Positions 25,837 through 36,470 of a stretch of 64,000 nucleotides of DNA are shown here, piece by piece. Source of the stretch: Planctomycetota bacterium (GTDB taxonomy: Bacteria > Planctomycetota > UBA1135 > GCA-002748355). Made by a program: the position numbers and the translations under genes. The stretch spans positions 126,329 to 190,328 of the forward strand of contig JALUUL010000079.1 of the NCBI GenBank assembly GCA_027021385.1, given 5' to 3'. The notes under the pieces are model-generated. The model worked only from the letters and a program-made list of their open reading frames with translations, ran no database searches and had not been told where the DNA came from. Each line of letters starts with the position of its first letter. Positions within the stretch are counted from its first letter, which is position 1.

Positions 25837-27326
25837 GCCTCCGACGGTTCCTTCCCCGCGGACTCGTTCTCCTCCTCCTCCTTTCCGGAGTCTTCGGGAG
25901 TTGCGTCCTGCCTCCCGCCGGCGTCCGCGACCGCGGGTTGCAGGAGAGGATCCGGGACCTCGAGACCCGCCTCGCCGTGCGGGAACGGGAAGCCCGGGAA
26001 CGGGAAATCCGGGAATTCGTCTCCGAGGAGAATGCCCGGATCCTCCGTTTCCTCGAGAAGGGGCTCGAGGCAGCGAGAAGAGAGTCCGAGCAGAGGACGC
26101 GACGGCTCGAGGAAGGCTTGAAGAAGGAACTGGAAAGCGTCCTCGTCAAGGTCACGGAAATCCGGAACGCGGCGAGGGCCGCGGAGACGGCGCGCGGGCG
26201 GAAGGACGCCGATCTCCTCGCCAGGGTCGCGGAGAGGTTGCGGGATCTCGAAACGGGTCTCGAGGATCTCCGGAAGGAATTCGGGACGGCGATCGAACAC
26301 GCCGCGGAGAGCCGGGCCCGGATCCTCCGCTCCCTGGACGAGCGACGAAGAGCCCTCGCGGAAATGCGGGGTGCCTCGAGGATGCAGGAAGCTCGGCTGA
26401 CGAAACTCGAACGGGAGTTGGACCTGTTCCGCGGGGTCCGGGAAACGGATCGGGAGGAACTCCGAAACCTCCTTCGGAGCTTGAAGGCGGAGGTCGATGG
26501 GCAGGGAATCCGGATCGAGGCGCTGGGAAGGGAGATCAGGAAGGGCACGGGGGTCCGCTCCCGAGGGGAGCGGAAGGAGGCGGCCGGCCGGGAGGAGAGT
26601 GGAAGGGAGGAAGCCGCTTCCGCTTCCCGGAAGGAAGAAGAGGAGCCTCCCCGGAAGGAGAAGAGGAAGGAAGGAGAAGTTCGGGAGAGCGGTCCACGAA
26701 AAGAGACCCGGAAGGTCTCGGGAGACTTCGGGAGGGTCCCCCCCCCGAAGTCCCGGAGGGAGGAGTCGGACGGGGATACCGGGAAGCCGGAGGTAGTCGC
26801 CGCCCTTGGTCCCCGGAGGGAGAAGGAATCCGGAAAGGTATCCGGTCCCGGCATTTTCTGGGAGGACCCCTGGTCCTGGGGACCGGGCCTTCTCGCCCTC
26901 CTCTGTCTTCTCTGGCTCGTGCTCCGAAGGCCGGGGGAAGGAGCTGAGGCCGAGGATCGGGTCCTTTCGGTTCCGCCTTCCTCCTCGGAGAGGAAGGGGC
27001 CGTTCCCGGGGGAACCCCCGAGGGGGGTCGGGGCTCTTCTCGGGGACGGAGAGGGAGCGGAGGAGGGAGGGCGTCCGCCCCTCTGCCTGCGGCTCCGGAT
27101 CCCGGCCGAGGAGTGCCGGGAGGACGCCTTCTCTCGGATCTCGGATTGGTTGCGGGGGGAATCGAGGATCCTCTGCGAGCCTCCGCCGCGCGTGGAGGTC
27201 CGGGGGGACGGATCGTTGTCCCTTCGTTGCTACCTGCCCGGTGACCTCCCTGAGGCCCAGGTCGAGGCCCTACGGAAGGAGAGCGCGGAACGGGTCCGCC
27301 TCCCCGCGAAGAGAACGGAGGCCTGA
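25833..27326 (+). CDS. Coiled-coil lipoprotein with an internal TM helix, unknown function
   Basis: MSLRRFL..LLLLLSGVFGSC lipobox, long E/R/L heptad region, charged linker, WGPGLLALLCLLWLVL helix. Confidence 0.7.
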   Translation: MSLRRFLPRGLVLLLLLSGVFGSCVLPPAGVRDRGLQERIRDLETRLAVREREAREREIREFVSEENARILRFLEKGLEAARRESEQRTRRLEEGLKKELESVLVKVTEIRNAARAAETARGRKDADLLARVAERLRDLETGLEDLRKEFGTAIEHAAESRARILRSLDERRRALAEMRGASRMQEARLTKLERELDLFRGVRETDREELRNLLRSLKAEVDGQGIRIEALGREIRKGTGVRSRGERKEAAGREESGREEAASASRKEEEEPPRKEKRKEGEVRESGPRKETRKVSGDFGRVPPPKSRREESDGDTGKPEVVAALGPRREKESGKVSGPGIFWEDPWSWGPGLLALLCLLWLVLRRPGEGAEAEDRVLSVPPSSSERKGPFPGEPPRGVGALLGDGEGAEEGGRPPLCLRLRIPAEECREDAFSRISDWLRGESRILCEPPPRVEVRGDGSLSLRCYLPGDLPEAQVEALRKESAERVRLPAKRTEA

Positions 27327-27434
27327 GGAAGTCCCCGTCCCCCTCCGGCTACCCCGCGCGCTTTCCTTGACCTCGCGGGCTCCCTAGGATGCCGGCCCGC
27401 GAAGGAACGGCCCCACGAGGATTTCGACGGAGGC

Positions 27435-28553
27435 ATGACGATGATTCTGGGTGTTCCCAAGGAGATCAAACCGCAGGAAGGCCGAGTCGGCATGGTTCCG
27501 GCGGGGGTCCATCGCCTCGTCGGCGAAGGGCACGAGGTCCTGGTCGAGGAGGGGGCGGGTCTCGGGGCCGGGATCGAGGATCGGGAGTTCCGTGAGGCCG
27601 GGGCCGAACTGGTCCGGGGTCCGGAGGAGGTCTTCGGGCGCGCGGATCTGATCGTCAAGGTCAAGGAACCCCTCCCCGAGGAGTTCGGGAGGATCCGGGA
27701 AGGTCAGGTCCTGTTCACGTATTTCCACTTCGCCGCGGATCGGGTCCTTACGGACGCGATCCTCGCCTCCAAGGCCTTCGCCTTTGCCTACGAGACCCTC
27801 GAAGTGCCGGGTCAGGGGCTGCCTCTCCTTACCCCGATGAGCGAGGTCGCGGGGAGGATGGCCGTCCAGGTCGGGGCCTACCACCTGGAGGCTCCCCGGG
27901 GCGGAAACGGAACCCTGCTCGGGGGGGTGCCGGGGGTCCGTCCCGGGCGGGTCGTCATCCTGGGGGGGGGAGTCGTCGGTACGGAGGCGGCACGCATGGC
28001 TTCGGGTCTCGGAGCCGAGGTCACGATCCTCGACATCGACCTCGAACGGCTCCGGGATCTCTCCTTCCTCCTGCCTCCGAACGTGCATGGGCTGTATTCG
28101 AACGCCTACGCGATCCAGCAGCAGTTGGCGGGGGCCGATCTCCTCGTCGGGGCGGTCCTGATCAAGGGGCATCGGGCTCCGCGGCTCGTCCGCCGGGAGG
28201 ACCTGAACCTGATGAAACCGGGTTCGGTCATCGTGGATGTCGCCGTGGACCAGGGAGGCTGCATCGAGACCTGCCGGCCGACAACGCACGAGGATCCGAC
28301 TTTCGTCGTGGACGGGATCGTCCACTACTGCGTGGCGAACATGCCCGGGGGCGTTCCCCGGACCTCGACCTTCGCGCTGACCAACGCGACCCTCCCTTTC
28401 ATCAGCCGCCTCGCGAACCTCGGCCCGGAACGAGCGATCCGCGAGGACGGTCCGCTTTCCACGGCCGCGAGCATGGTGAGGGGGGTGTTGACCGACGAGG
28501 CCGTCGCCTCGAGTTTCGGGATGGAATGGGCTCCGGCCTCCAGCGCTCTCTGA
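27435..28553 (+). CDS. ald: Alanine dehydrogenase
   Basis: [46 protein letters not shown]. Confidence 0.97.
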   Translation: MTMILGVPKEIKPQEGRVGMVPAGVHRLVGEGHEVLVEEGAGLGAGIEDREFREAGAELVRGPEEVFGRADLIVKVKEPLPEEFGRIREGQVLFTYFHFAADRVLTDAILASKAFAFAYETLEVPGQGLPLLTPMSEVAGRMAVQVGAYHLEAPRGGNGTLLGGVPGVRPGRVVILGGGVVGTEAARMASGLGAEVTILDIDLERLRDLSFLLPPNVHGLYSNAYAIQQQLAGADLLVGAVLIKGHRAPRLVRREDLNLMKPGSVIVDVAVDQGGCIETCRPTTHEDPTFVVDGIVHYCVANMPGGVPRTSTFALTNATLPFISRLANLGPERAIREDGPLSTAASMVRGVLTDEAVASSFGMEWAPASSAL

Positions 28554-28560
28554 ACCGGAC

Positions 28561-29097
28561 ATGACGGAAACCGCGAGGATCGGGATCCTGACCGTTTCGG
28601 ACCGCGCGAGCCGTGGCGAATACGAGGACCTGGGGGGGCCGGCGGTCCGCGAGGAATTGTCCCGGATCCTCGCGTCCCCCTGGGAGCCCGTCTGCGGGGT
28701 CGTCCCGGACGAGAAGGAGCGGATCGAGGAAGCCCTCCTCCGGATGGCCGACGAGGAGGGGTGCTGTCTCGTCGTGACGACCGGGGGCACGGGACCCGCC
28801 GCCAGAGATGTCACCCCCGAGGCCACGCTCGCGGTCGGGGACAGGGAGATGCCGGGTTTTGGGGAACTGATGCGGAAGGTGTCGTTGGAGGTCGTTCCGA
28901 CCGCAATCCTCTCCCGGCAGACGGCCGTGACCCGGGGCCGCTGTCTGATCGTCAACCTTCCGGGGAAGCCCTCGGCCATCCATGACTGTCTCGCCGCGGT
29001 CTTCCCGGCGATTCCCTACTGCCTCGATCTCCTGGGAGCGGCGCGGCTCGAGACGGATCCGACGGAATGCGTGGCCTTCCGCCCCCGTTCGAAGTAG
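28561..29097 (+). CDS. mog: Molybdopterin adenylyltransferase
   Basis: [47 protein letters not shown]. Confidence 0.96.
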   Translation: MTETARIGILTVSDRASRGEYEDLGGPAVREELSRILASPWEPVCGVVPDEKERIEEALLRMADEEGCCLVVTTGGTGPAARDVTPEATLAVGDREMPGFGELMRKVSLEVVPTAILSRQTAVTRGRCLIVNLPGKPSAIHDCLAAVFPAIPYCLDLLGAARLETDPTECVAFRPRSK

Positions 29098-29370
29098 TCG
29101 GGATACGCCCATTCGAGGGCCGCCCTCGAGGCCGCTCGGCCGCGATCTACCGGGCCCGGGGAGATTCCTCCGCCGTGAACCTTCCCTGCTGCCGGAGGAT
29201 CCCCTCGGCTTGCGGGTCTTCGCTTCCCTGCTAGGTTCATGGGCTGTTCAACCGCCTCCCGTGGTTTCTGGCGGGAGTCTTTCCCAGGCGTGTATCCTGG
29301 AACACCGGCCTCGTTTTCGTCCTCCAGTCCGGGTTTCGAGTTCGCTACCGATCGTCCTGGTTCCGACTGC

Positions 29371-31419
29371 ATGAATCTCCCATTCCGCCTGCGTCCGATC
29401 GTGGTCCTTCTCTCGTTGCTCGTGGGGCAGGGGGTCCTCCATGCCCAGACGAGCCAGGCGAGTTCCCTTTCGGCCCAACACCGGTTCGGACAGACCTTTC
29501 TCACCTGGAAGGAAGCGGCCGGGATCACTCCCCCGGATGCCTATCGCGTCTATCGTTCGAACAAGCCGATCGCAAAGACGGCGGACCTGACCAGCGCCGT
29601 TCTGGTCGCCGAGGTGCCGAAAGGAAGCTACTGGAACACCCGGGCGAACCGTCCCTTCACTCTCGCGCAGGGGAAGCCTCCTCTTGCCAAGGGCATGGGC
29701 TTCCTCGTGACGACACCGGTGACGGGTGGAATCCGATACTACGCGGTCCTCGCGGTCAAGCAGGGGAGGGAGAATCGGACGATCGTATCCGGCGCGGGGG
29801 GGAACGTGGCGGGGCCGGTGACCGAATTGATCTCGATGCCCAAGCCCGTCCTCCAGGCGACGACGAACGGGGGAAAGGAGAAGTTCTTCGTCCATTTCGC
29901 GACCTCCCGGGATCGAACCGGGATGCCCGCGCAGGCCAACCGTGAAGGAAGGGTCTTCAACTATCGGATCTATATGGATCCGAACGCTCCCGGCCCTCGT
30001 CCCGTTCATGTCCTCCTCCATGCCCATTCCCAGGATTTTCGGGCCTACCCCCTTCCGACCTGGGCGGATCGGAACGCGATCTTCATCTTCTTCGATGACG
30101 ACAACCCCCCCGTAACCCACAGCCTGTGGTTCGGTTACCACCAGCAATACGGAAAGGGGACCCCATCGGGGAAGGTCGTCGATTACACCGAACGCCGGAT
30201 CCTCTGGGTGCTCGATCTGATCCTGGCGGATACGACGTACAACGCGGACCGCAACCGCGTCTACGCCTTCGGAGCTTCCTTAGGAGCCATGGGGGCGCTG
30301 GGACTCGGTTTCCGTCATGCGGACCGCTTCGCCGCGGTGGGAGGGGTGGTTCCGGCCTTCGGGATCGTCCACAAGGATTTCTCCCTGAAGTCGGAGGTCG
30401 ACAAGATCTTCGGGACGAAGACCCTGAACCTCTTTTCCTCCCTCGGGCCGCGGATCTACGACCTTTTCGACTATACAGCACAATGTGCGAACCTGGCCGC
30501 GAGCGGAGTTGCCCCGATGGTGTTCACCGCCGGTCGCGGCGACGCGGTGACCGGTTGGTCCGAAAAGCCGGCTTTCTTCCTGGCGTCGAATCGATTCCGG
30601 CAGCCCGGGACCTTCTATTGGGACTACAGGACCCACAGCGTTCCGGGAACCTGGAGCGCAATCGAAGGTCGTTTGTTCCGTGAGCTGAGCCGGATCCGTC
30701 TGGATCGGCCTCTTCCGGTCTTCTCGAATCTCGATCTCAGTGACGATCCGGGAGACGGAAACCGTCTCAAGGGGGACGGGATCGGATCCTTGAACGGATA
30801 TGCCTACTTCAATCCTCGGACCGTCGTCGAGACTGCTGCGAAGATCACCGCGGAGGTCGGCCTGAAGAACGATCCGAGCCGCCGCGATTACGCGATGAAG
30901 ACCCTCGGATACGCCGATCTCACGTTCCGCAGACTCCGGACCTTCACGCCTAAGGCGGGGACCTATTACCTGTTGAGGACGACGGGACTGGCTTCCAACA
31001 CCGTCATCGAGGAACGCATCCTGACGACCGACGCGAACGGACTCTTGACCGTGCCGAAGGTCGAACTCAGCCGGACTCCCCGGAGGCTCACGATCGTCCC
31101 GATGAACCTGACTCTCCCCTACAACCACATCGGGGGCTCGCGTTCGGTGGGAGGGAGCCTGGCGGTCAGTCTGGAGGCGAAGGGCGGCCAGCCGGCCATT
31201 CTCACGGTGGGCACGAGGAAAGGGGCCATCTCGACCCCCTTCGGGGTCTGGGGGATCCTGGATCCGATCATCGCCTGGGCCGGGGTCACGCCGAAGACGG
31301 GGATCGTTCAACTCTTCATGAGGGTTCCCTCGGATCCGAGGCTCCGGGGGCTCACCCTCCTGGCCCAGTCCATGGTCGGAACGAAGTTCGCCCCCCTCGT
31401 CTCGTTCAAGATCCGCTGA
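29371..31419 (+). CDS. Secreted alpha/beta-hydrolase (esterase/peptidase-like) with N-terminal beta domain and C-terminal add-on domain
   Basis: Signal peptide, DAYRVYRS fibronectin-like segment, DRNRVYAFGASLGAMGA nucleophile elbow, GRGD and H motifs. Confidence 0.75.
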   Translation: MNLPFRLRPIVVLLSLLVGQGVLHAQTSQASSLSAQHRFGQTFLTWKEAAGITPPDAYRVYRSNKPIAKTADLTSAVLVAEVPKGSYWNTRANRPFTLAQGKPPLAKGMGFLVTTPVTGGIRYYAVLAVKQGRENRTIVSGAGGNVAGPVTELISMPKPVLQATTNGGKEKFFVHFATSRDRTGMPAQANREGRVFNYRIYMDPNAPGPRPVHVLLHAHSQDFRAYPLPTWADRNAIFIFFDDDNPPVTHSLWFGYHQQYGKGTPSGKVVDYTERRILWVLDLILADTTYNADRNRVYAFGASLGAMGALGLGFRHADRFAAVGGVVPAFGIVHKDFSLKSEVDKIFGTKTLNLFSSLGPRIYDLFDYTAQCANLAASGVAPMVFTAGRGDAVTGWSEKPAFFLASNRFRQPGTFYWDYRTHSVPGTWSAIEGRLFRELSRIRLDRPLPVFSNLDLSDDPGDGNRLKGDGIGSLNGYAYFNPRTVVETAAKITAEVGLKNDPSRRDYAMKTLGYADLTFRRLRTFTPKAGTYYLLRTTGLASNTVIEERILTTDANGLLTVPKVELSRTPRRLTIVPMNLTLPYNHIGGSRSVGGSLAVSLEAKGGQPAILTVGTRKGAISTPFGVWGILDPIIAWAGVTPKTGIVQLFMRVPSDPRLRGLTLLAQSMVGTKFAPLVSFKIR

Positions 31420-32515
31420 TCCCGTCCAAGGGGGGCGATGTCGCGGATCGAACGAGGTCGGGAAAGCGCTTCCTGATCCATGAGACCAGGGGGAGGAGGT
31501 TCCGGCCCGGGCATGCCGTCGCTCCCGGACCTTTCGGATGGATCTCCCTGTGCGTGAGTATGCGGGCGGGGGGGATCCGGTATCGAGAGGTCAGGGCGAG
31601 AAGGAGATTCAGGAGCGCCTCGGTTTGAGGGCGGGTCGCGAACTGCCCCCCTCCTCTTCCCGGCTGGAAATTCCCGAGCAGGCAGATTCCGATGTTGTGA
31701 CGGTTCGTCGAGCCGTTTCCCGCATGGGCTCCCTGGAATCGGAACTCACGTCCTTCGAAGACTCTTCCCATCCTGTCGATCAGGAAGTGGTACCCGATAT
31801 CCGCCCAGTGCATGTCGCGGATATGGTTGCGTTGGATCGCTCTCAACTGGGATTCCGCGTCCGAACCGTCATCGGCGGCCAGCATCGCGCTGTGATGAAT
31901 CGTGATCTTCGTGGGACGGCCCATCGGGTCCATACGGCTCGCATCCCCCCGCCGGCTCTTCCACTGGGCGCGGGTGATCAGGGGAGGCATGGGAAAGATC
32001 CGGTTCGCGGGGATGGAAACCGTCTTCTCCGGCAGTCCCCACCGTTTCCGCAGCCCGGCGACGAGCTTCCCGAACCTGTTCCTTCCTCCTTTCTCCACGG
32101 CCGCATCGAGGGACTTGACGGCCCCGATCCTGTCTCCTCGTTCCATCTCGATGCGCGCCCTGAGGATCCAGGCGAGGGGCGCGGCCTCGGAGACTCCCGC
32201 GTGGTCCCTGACGAGGGCGTCCAGGGTGGATAGAGCCCGCTCCCTCTTGCCGAGCAGAGATTGGAGACGTGCGATTCTGAGTTCGAGGGCGGCTTCCTCT
32301 TGTCGATCCAGGCGGAACGTTCGTTTTCCGGATTCGAGCCTCTCCTGTAGGCCTTGCAGTTCGAGGCTGGCCGATCCCCGCGGGACCGCCAGCAAGGATT
32401 CCGCGGAGAGAGGAGGTGCGGGGAAGAGGGGGGAGGAATAGGGCCCCGGTCGCGAACGGCAGCCCAGGAGGGAGGCCGTGAGTCCCAGAATCAGGATTCC
32501 GCCCTTGAGATGCAT
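31406..32515 (-). CDS. Lipoprotein N-acetylmuramoyl-L-alanine amidase (Amidase_2/PGRP) with TPR
   Basis: LLGC lipobox, ITIHHSA, WADIGYHFLID..GRVFEGR, GAHA, IGICLLGNF, HREI, TACPG. Confidence 0.93.
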   Translation of the reverse strand: MHLKGGILILGLTASLLGCRSRPGPYSSPLFPAPPLSAESLLAVPRGSASLELQGLQERLESGKRTFRLDRQEEAALELRIARLQSLLGKRERALSTLDALVRDHAGVSEAAPLAWILRARIEMERGDRIGAVKSLDAAVEKGGRNRFGKLVAGLRKRWGLPEKTVSIPANRIFPMPPLITRAQWKSRRGDASRMDPMGRPTKITIHHSAMLAADDGSDAESQLRAIQRNHIRDMHWADIGYHFLIDRMGRVFEGREFRFQGAHAGNGSTNRHNIGICLLGNFQPGRGGGQFATRPQTEALLNLLLALTSRYRIPPARILTHREIHPKGPGATACPGRNLLPLVSWIRKRFPDLVRSATSPPLDGISGS

Positions 32516-32725
32516 GCGCTTCCCCTCCGTTTCCGCTCACGAGACGGGAGACCTTCCCGAAAGGGCGATCATAACGGCCGCAGGGGAACGGGCCAGGATC
32601 GGCTTCCGCGTTTCGGGTCTTCCCGTGGCCCCTCGGGTTCAGGAATCCTCCCGGGATGTCCGAAGGAATCAGAGATCCCCGATGTCGTCACCTTAGACCT
32701 CGGGATTGGAATCCTGGAGTGCCAG

Positions 32726-33175
32726 ATGAATGCAGAAGTCGACCTGGAGCTGAACGGCGAACTGGATTTCCTTCGCCTCGCCTGGCAAGCCGCGGAATGC
32801 GTCCTGGATCGGATCCTCTTCGAGGAGGACGAGGAACAGTGTCGCTACAACCTTCTGCTGGCTATACAAGAAGCCTTGACGAACTCCCTCCGGCACGGAT
32901 ACGGGGATGAGGCCCCGGAACGGAAGTGGATCGGTCTCCGGATCCGGGTGCACGAAGGCTGTCTCAGGATCGAGATCCGTGACCGGGCCTTCCCCTTCGA
33001 CCCGACCGTCGTGCCGGATCTCCAGGACACTCCGGAAGGTGAGGTCCTTCCTGAAGGTGGATACGGACTCAGGATCATCCGCGCCGTCACGGACCGTCTG
33101 ACCTATCGGCGGGAAGAGGAGATGAACGTCTTGGTCCTCGAGAAACAGCTCCTCGGAGCCGTCACGAGAGCCTGA
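32726..33175 (+). CDS. Anti-sigma factor / Ser kinase (RsbW-like HATPase)
   Basis: LAIQEALTNSLRHG, IRDRAFPFDP, EGGYGLRII..VTD. Confidence 0.88.
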   Translation: MNAEVDLELNGELDFLRLAWQAAECVLDRILFEEDEEQCRYNLLLAIQEALTNSLRHGYGDEAPERKWIGLRIRVHEGCLRIEIRDRAFPFDPTVVPDLQDTPEGEVLPEGGYGLRIIRAVTDRLTYRREEEMNVLVLEKQLLGAVTRA

Positions 33176-33191
33176 GGCGGCGAAAGATACG

Positions 33192-34871
33192 ATGATCGGG
33201 GTCGGTTTGAGGGACCTGGCGGACGGGCTCGCCCTGGTCGCCACGCACTTTTCGCGTGGGGACGGGGAGGAGGCTTTTTACATCCTGGACGAGAATTTCC
33301 AGGTGCTCGCCCGGGGGGGCGCCGCTTCTCTGGATCGCCGCCGCGCTCTCGTTTCCACCTCCGAATCGGGGAAGCCTCGGCTTCGACTCGACAAGGATCG
33401 GATCGGAGTGCTCGAGAGCGTCGATCTTTCCAACGGGGAGCAATGTCACGTCGTCGTGACCTCGGGGAAGGAGGGGGATCTCGAGCGGTTGAAGGTCTTC
33501 GCGGCCTGGCTCGGCGATGTCCTCCAAAGGGAGGGACTCAGGGATTTCGAGTCCGAGGATACGACGGCCCACCTCCTGGGGTGCTTCGAGCAGATTCGCG
33601 CGGTGCACGACTTGGCGGACCGGCTTCCCGAACGGGAAAGCGCCTCGGAGATGGCGAGGTTGTGTCTCCGATCCCTGATCCGAGCGGTTCCGGCACGCCG
33701 CGCAGGGGTCTATTTCGAAGGAGGGGGGGAGGGTGAAGGGCTGACGCTCCTGTTCGATGAGCAGGGTCGGGACTGCGAGGAAGAGCTTCCTCCGCGCCCG
33801 ATCGTACTCGGCCCGACCCGCGAAGTCCTGGAGACGGGGACCGTGGCCTATGGTCCGATCGACCGGTACGGGATTCCTCCGGGAAGCCTGGAGGAGCTTG
33901 CGGAGAGAGATCTCTGCATCGTTCCGATCGGTCAGGGGAGGGGCCCGAAGGGCGCTCCCTTGGGAGCGATCTTCCTCTTCGACCATATTCGGTCGGTCGG
34001 CGGGCGATGCATCCCCTTCGGGAATCCGGAAGCGGAGATGGCCCAATCGGTGGCCGTGCTTCTCGGGTTGGCGGTCGACACCCGAAGAAGGGTCGCCGCG
34101 GAAAAGGAACTCCAGATCGCCCGGACGATCCAGGAGACCTTGAATCCGCGAAACCCTCCTCGTTGGAGGGGCTTGGAACTCGCGGGCGTGAACCGCCTCG
34201 CGAATCAGGTCGGCGGCGACTACTTCGACTGGCTGGAAGGGCCTCGGGGGAGGAAGCATTTACTGATCGCTGACGTCTCCGGACACAACATGGCCTCAGC
34301 CATGGCCATGGTCATGGCCAGGTCCCAGATCCGCCTCTTGGTCGAAAGCGAATCCTCTCCTTCGGCCATCCTCGGAAGACTCGCTGCGGCCTTGCACAAG
34401 GACTTGACCCGGAACGAACTCTTCCTGACCGCATTCCACATGACCCTCGAGAAGAGTCGCACAGGTTGGGTCATGCGGTACACGAATGCAGGGCACAACC
34501 CGCCTTTGCTCCTTCGGGCGGACGGTTCCCTGGAATGGTTGGAAGGGGGAGGACCCGTCGTCGGCTTCCTCCCCTCCGTCGAATACGAGGAAATGAAAGG
34601 CCGGTTGGAGCCGGGGGACCTGCTGGTGCTCTACACGGACGGGGTCACCGAGGCCCAGGATCCACGCGGCGAGATGTTGGGGGAAGAAGGTCTCAGGGTC
34701 CGCGTCGGGGACCTCCGGGACGAATCCGCGGAAGGGATCCTCGGGGGGATCCTCGAAGCGGTGGAAGCGCGGAGCGGCCCCGGCGGACAGGAGGACGACG
34801 TCACCGTACTCGTACTCAAGGTTCCGGGGGGGGGGGCGCCGAAAGAGGACATCGAGGAGCCTGCATCATGA
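33192..34871 (+). CDS. GAF-domain PP2C/SpoIIE phosphatase (RsbU-like)
   Basis: ELQIARTIQ, VGGDYFD, IADVSGH, NAGHNPP, LYTDGVTE, DDVT. Confidence 0.92.
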   Translation: MIGVGLRDLADGLALVATHFSRGDGEEAFYILDENFQVLARGGAASLDRRRALVSTSESGKPRLRLDKDRIGVLESVDLSNGEQCHVVVTSGKEGDLERLKVFAAWLGDVLQREGLRDFESEDTTAHLLGCFEQIRAVHDLADRLPERESASEMARLCLRSLIRAVPARRAGVYFEGGGEGEGLTLLFDEQGRDCEEELPPRPIVLGPTREVLETGTVAYGPIDRYGIPPGSLEELAERDLCIVPIGQGRGPKGAPLGAIFLFDHIRSVGGRCIPFGNPEAEMAQSVAVLLGLAVDTRRRVAAEKELQIARTIQETLNPRNPPRWRGLELAGVNRLANQVGGDYFDWLEGPRGRKHLLIADVSGHNMASAMAMVMARSQIRLLVESESSPSAILGRLAAALHKDLTRNELFLTAFHMTLEKSRTGWVMRYTNAGHNPPLLLRADGSLEWLEGGGPVVGFLPSVEYEEMKGRLEPGDLLVLYTDGVTEAQDPRGEMLGEEGLRVRVGDLRDESAEGILGGILEAVEARSGPGGQEDDVTVLVLKVPGGGAPKEDIEEPAS

Positions 34872-35242
34872 CCGAAAACCTCAAGGTCCTTGTCGTCGAC
34901 GACGAGCCCTTCATCCTCCGTTCCTTGACCTTCGTCCTCCAGAAGGGGGGGTTCGAGGTCCTGGAGGCGCGGGATGGAGAGGAGGCCCTCGAGATGATCC
35001 GGCGTCACCGTCCCGGTCTCGTGTTCCTGGACGTTATGATGCCGAAAATGAACGGATACGACGTCGTCCGCGAGGTCCGCGAGGACGAGGAATTGAACGA
35101 GGTCCATGTCATTCTGTTGACGGCGAAGGGTCAGGAATCGGACCGGGCCCTGGGCCTGGACGCGGGCGCCAACGATTACCTGACGAAACCCTTCAGCCCC
35201 AGCAGGATTCTCCAGATGGCCAAGGAGGTCCTGGAGGGCTGA
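34868..35242 (+). CDS. Single-domain response regulator
   Basis: VLVVDDEP, LDVMMP, LTAKG, KPF; ATGA overlap with the phosphatase. Confidence 0.92.
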   Translation: MTENLKVLVVDDEPFILRSLTFVLQKGGFEVLEARDGEEALEMIRRHRPGLVFLDVMMPKMNGYDVVREVREDEELNEVHVILLTAKGQESDRALGLDAGANDYLTKPFSPSRILQMAKEVLEG

Positions 35243-35399
35243 GCCTCGCGGAGCCCCCGCGTCCGGTCTCGGTCCGGGAAAAAAGGATCGGATGGCCGTG
35301 GGGAAAGCGGGCGGCGGATGGACGTGAAAGCCTCGGGGCATTCCGGAGGCTCCGAGGAAAACCCTTTCGAGGCGGAGGAGTTCGGCCCAATATGCGGGT

Positions 35400-36170
35400 A
35401 TGGAAGCTTCCCGTCCCTTCGTCTTCGATACCGGAGAGAGCGATTTCACGACCACGGTCCTCGATGCGAGCCGGAGGGTCCCGGTGCTCGTCGATTTCTG
35501 GGCGGATTGGTGCGGTCCGTGCAAGGTCCTCGGCCCTCGGCTTGAGGCTCTTGCCGAGGAGTACGGGGGGGGGTTCCTTCTCGCCAAGGTCGATACCGAG
35601 AAGGAGGTCCGCCTGGCGACTGCCTTCCAGGTCCAGAGCATCCCCTTCGTCGTGGCCTTCAAGGACGGAAGACCCGTGGACGCCTTCATGGGGGCCCTTC
35701 CCGAACCCAAGCTCCGTGATTTCCTCGACCGGATCGGGGCCGCACTCAGGGGCGCTGCGGAGAAGGAGGAGCCGACGGGAGCCGCGGGGCCTCTCGAGGA
35801 GGCTCTCGATCGGATTCGGGAAGGCGATCCCGAGGGCTTGAAGGAGGCGATGGAGGGCCTTTCCGGGATCGAGGAGGAGGGGCCGGATCAAGAAGACGCG
35901 CGCCGCTTGGAGGAGGCCCTTTCCTTTTTCGTGACCGACCCTCCCCCGGGGGAGGAGGCGGCGGAGGCCCTGCGATCCGCCCGCGGGGCCTGGGTCGCGA
36001 AGGACCTCCCCAGGTCGATGGAACTGCTCCTGGAGTCGATCGCGGCCGATCGAGGGTTTCGGGACCAGTTGGCCAGGAAGGCCCTCGTCGTCCTGCTGAG
36101 GGCTCTCGAGGACCGCAGCGCGGAACTCGTCGAGGAGACCCGGAGCCGCCTGGCGAATCTCCTCTACTGA
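35400..36170 (+). CDS. Thioredoxin-TPR chaperedoxin (CnoX/YbbN-like)
   Basis: VLVDFWADWCGPC thioredoxin plus C-terminal ARKALV...RSRLANLLY. Confidence 0.9.
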   Translation: MEASRPFVFDTGESDFTTTVLDASRRVPVLVDFWADWCGPCKVLGPRLEALAEEYGGGFLLAKVDTEKEVRLATAFQVQSIPFVVAFKDGRPVDAFMGALPEPKLRDFLDRIGAALRGAAEKEEPTGAAGPLEEALDRIREGDPEGLKEAMEGLSGIEEEGPDQEDARRLEEALSFFVTDPPPGEEAAEALRSARGAWVAKDLPRSMELLLESIAADRGFRDQLARKALVVLLRALEDRSAELVEETRSRLANLLY

Positions 36171-36470
36171 TTTCCGGATCCTCGTTCGAGGGTGGTCGAG
36201 GGACTTCCCTGGCTCGGAAGGAGCCGCTCCAAGAGGCGCGGAGGCCCTCGACCCCTCGCGGAACCGATCCGGAAGTTACAAGCCCGACACGTTCCGAGGC
36301 CGCATCGCCACTGCTTCGCATTAGAATGGCGGCAGGGTTTCCGCCCCGGGGCGATCACCTTTCTCGTTTCCCGTTCCGCGTGGACCCTCCCGGTTCCCTC
36401 GTTCCCTTCCTATCGAATCCCCGCTTCCGGAGCTTCTCCACCGGAAGTGCTTCTCCAAGGAGGCTCGTCG

